Shown in pieces: positions 61,980 through 64,000 of a DNA stretch of 64,000 bases. The translations under genes and the position numbers were made by a program. Within the stretch, counting starts at the first letter, position 1. Each line of letters starts with the position of its first letter. The stretch is taken from IMG/VR virus record IMGVR_UViG_3300028364_000013; one strand, given 5' to 3'. Under the pieces are notes generated by a model, which did not search any database, was not told the origin of the DNA, and saw only the letters and a program-made list of their open reading frames with translations. The stretch is from a virus. Its lineage: Duplodnaviria; Caudoviricetes.

Positions 61980-63999
61980 CTTCTTTTTTACTTAAATCTT
62001 TATCAACTCGAACGATTCTCGTTCCTCTCTTAAAATTAACATAACCTTTTTCGTTCTTTTCAAACTCAGCAACATAAATGCCATTGGCAGCAAGGAGTGG
62101 TTGTAGAGATTTCGCAACTGGGTCGAAAGCTCTAAGTGTTGTGAAACTAATTCCATCACCAACTCTCATTGTTAAATATTCTTTTCCATTCTTACTCATA
62201 GAAACCTTAAAGGTATCTACCACAAAAATGTAGAAATCATTATCATCAAAATTAATAATTGTCTCAACAAGCTTATCTCTCTTAGCTCTCTTGTTTACAT
62301 CAGCCTTTATGTCCTGAATGTACTTTATTTTTTCAAGGTCAAAATTACACACCTCAAGGAAATCTGTTCTTTTCGATGCCCAGTTTGTTGGAGGATATTT
62401 GTTCTCTTCTTTTTTAACTGGAATGTCAAAAGCTTCGTCATTCATATCAAACAAAACAGTTTGATTTGCGTTTACTTTCTTTTTCTTTTTTGTCTTAGAC
62501 TTAAGGTCAGCAAGCTGTTCTCTTGAATCGCTCCAATCATCAAATACGCCAGCTTTAAGGCAAGCTTCAAAAGCACTTTTATTAAACTTGCTAAACGGCA
62601 ATCTAAAGAACAAACTCATACTCACAGTCTCAAGGGTTTTTTTCTCCTGACCTTCTTTGACTTTTATTTCTTTAATCAAATCAAGCATCTCTTCGTATGC
62701 AATTGGGCCCAATCCGTTAATACCAGAGAATCCCATAGAAATTTCGTGCTCACCAGTCATTGTCCATCTCCATCCAGACTTTCTTGATGGCATCTTTATC
62801 TCAATCCCTTTTGACATCGCAGAAGCAATTGCAGAACCAATCCAAGCTTGCTGTTTTTCTTTGTTACCAGACTTAGGGTGATTTAGAAGGGCGGTATAAA
62901 ACTCGGTTGGGTAGTAGTGTTTTAAATACAAAGTTTGCATCGCCAAATAACTATATGAAAGTGCATGAGACTTATTGAATGAGTATCCAAGGTATTGAAT
63001 TACCCAATCTTTAATTTTATCTACATCACCTTTGTCATAACCTTGAGCTGCAGCCCCATCTAAGAACATGTTCCAATACTGCTGGAAACCTTTCCAGTTC
63101 TTGTCGTTTTTCTCTGTATCAGTTAGCGTCTCTCCCGCTGAATTTCTTGCAATAATTTTAGATGCCTTATCCATATACCTTCTAAGCATATCTCCTTTAC
63201 CAAGACCCATTCCACCAATCTTATCAGCAATAAACATAAGTTGTTCCTGAAACACAAGTACTCCATTCGTTTCTCCAAGAATCGGCTTCAACGCAGGGTG
63301 GATATATTTAATCTTCTCTGGGTTGAATTTGTTTACGATAAACTCTTCGTGTGCGCCAATTCCCATTGGGCCTGGACGATACAGTGCGTTGGCAGCAACA
63401 AGTTCTTCAAATTTATCAACTGCAATACCTCTAATAAGATTGTTCATACCATGACTCTCAAACTGAAATATCCCATGATTAAGACCAAGCCTTAATTCTG
63501 TAAATAACTTTGGGTCTTCAAGGTCAACGTAATCAACTTTTTGAGAAATATCTTCTCCCGTTGTTCTTTTTACAATGTCAACAGTTTCCTTAATTACATT
63601 TAAGGTTTCTAATTTTAATCTATCCAATTTTAGAATCCCAAGTGCTGAAAGGTCTTTTCCAGACTTATCCGCCTCCTGAAACGCTGTAACAACACTTCCG
63701 TTGGATGTGATTACATTGGTTGGAATATAATCCCAAGATAACCCTGGTGTAATTACAACTCCTGCAGCATGCTGTCCAATACCTCTAATGTTTCCATGAA
63801 GCTGGAGAGCAGTCTCAATCATCTCCTTATTTTTTGGCTCTCTAATCCAATTTCTAACTTCTGGACTACACTCTGGTTTATCTGGCCAAGTTTCAAACCA
63901 ATGCCTAAGAGTGTCGTTGTAATTTAAGAAGTTCGGCATCTCCTTTGTTAATTTAAACACTCCAGAATCAAACCCAGTAGCATCGCTTCCACGATATGC
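61963..63999 (-). CDS. dnaE: DNA polymerase III alpha subunit (C-family), 5'-truncated by window edge
   Basis: GQHAAGVV, LKLDRLKLETL, GIFQFES, LYRPGP, TNGVLVFQEQ, YSFNKSHA; frame open to the edge. Confidence 0.93.
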   Translation of the reverse strand, partial: AYRGSDATGFDSGVFKLTKEMPNFLNYNDTLRHWFETWPDKPECSPEVRNWIREPKNKEMIETALQLHGNIRGIGQHAAGVVITPGLSWDYIPTNVITSNGSVVTAFQEADKSGKDLSALGILKLDRLKLETLNVIKETVDIVKRTTGEDISQKVDYVDLEDPKLFTELRLGLNHGIFQFESHGMNNLIRGIAVDKFEELVAANALYRPGPMGIGAHEEFIVNKFNPEKIKYIHPALKPILGETNGVLVFQEQLMFIADKIGGMGLGKGDMLRRYMDKASKIIARNSAGETLTDTEKNDKNWKGFQQYWNMFLDGAAAQGYDKGDVDKIKDWVIQYLGYSFNKSHALSYSYLAMQTLYLKHYYPTEFYTALLNHPKSGNKEKQQAWIGSAIASAMSKGIEIKMPSRKSGWRWTMTGEHEISMGFSGINGLGPIAYEEMLDLIKEIKVKEGQEKKTLETVSMSLFFRLPFSKFNKSAFEACLKAGVFDDWSDSREQLADLKSKTKKKKKVNANQTVLFDMNDEAFDIPVKKEENKYPPTNWASKRTDFLEVCNFDLEKIKYIQDIKADVNKRAKRDKLVETIINFDDNDFYIFVVDTFKVSMSKNGKEYLTMRVGDGISFTTLRAFDPVAKSLQPLLAANGIYVAEFEKNEKGYVNFKRGTRIVRVDKDLSKKEDEANN

Positions 64000-64000
64000 A

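Noticed and set aside
155-63495. Numerous short antisense or alternate-frame ORFs in the track (e.g. 155..424, 1068..1412, 11870..12154, 40684..41109, 48892..49428, 49623..50180)
   Set aside because: They lie wholly within well-supported genes on the other strand or frame and look like shadow ORFs.
1-64000. Genome-wide TAG reassignment (genetic code 15)
   Set aside because: Very long genes, including late structural ones, are open in the standard code with no internal TAG, and TAG plausibly terminates 2815..3516, 6957..7670 and 58548..58976.

Overview
AT-rich segment of a large (jumbo-type) contractile-tailed phage genome, truncated inside dnaE at the right edge. The host is probably Bacteroidota, inferred from TAnnTTTG promoters and A-rich, SD-less starts. 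It carries replication and recombination genes (dnaE, family A polymerase, DnaB-like helicase, UvrD, RecA, SSB, 5'-3' exonuclease, RNase HI, nrdAB) and two sigma-70-like factors. It also carries a Clp ATPase, a PrsW protease, a baseplate/tape-measure module, cell-wall hydrolases and at least seven homing-endonuclease-like genes. The most unusual part is 1.6-5.4 kb, a translation-control locus. It holds a canonical amber-suppressor tRNA (anticodon CUA) inside an array of aberrant tRNA-like RNAs: one with a UUCG-capped anticodon arm, one with a 91-nt anticodon arm, one with a 9-nt anticodon loop, and two homologous ~50-nt CCA-ending mini-tRNAs. Flanking this array are genes whose 5' ends contain in-frame TAG codons: a PTH2-like peptidyl-tRNA hydrolase (ATG AAA TAG), its duplicated 5' end, and a methyltransferase-like gene. 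Long genes elsewhere have no internal TAG, so this looks like selective amber gating rather than genome-wide recoding. Other notable items are four homing endonucleases flanked by recoded duplicates of their target, a stand-alone PAS-sensor operon, a conserved AACATT-N13-CGTATA promoter, a catalytically dead DnaQ-like protein and a ~30x 22-aa repeat baseplate protein. All assignments come from manual motif recognition; no searches were run.
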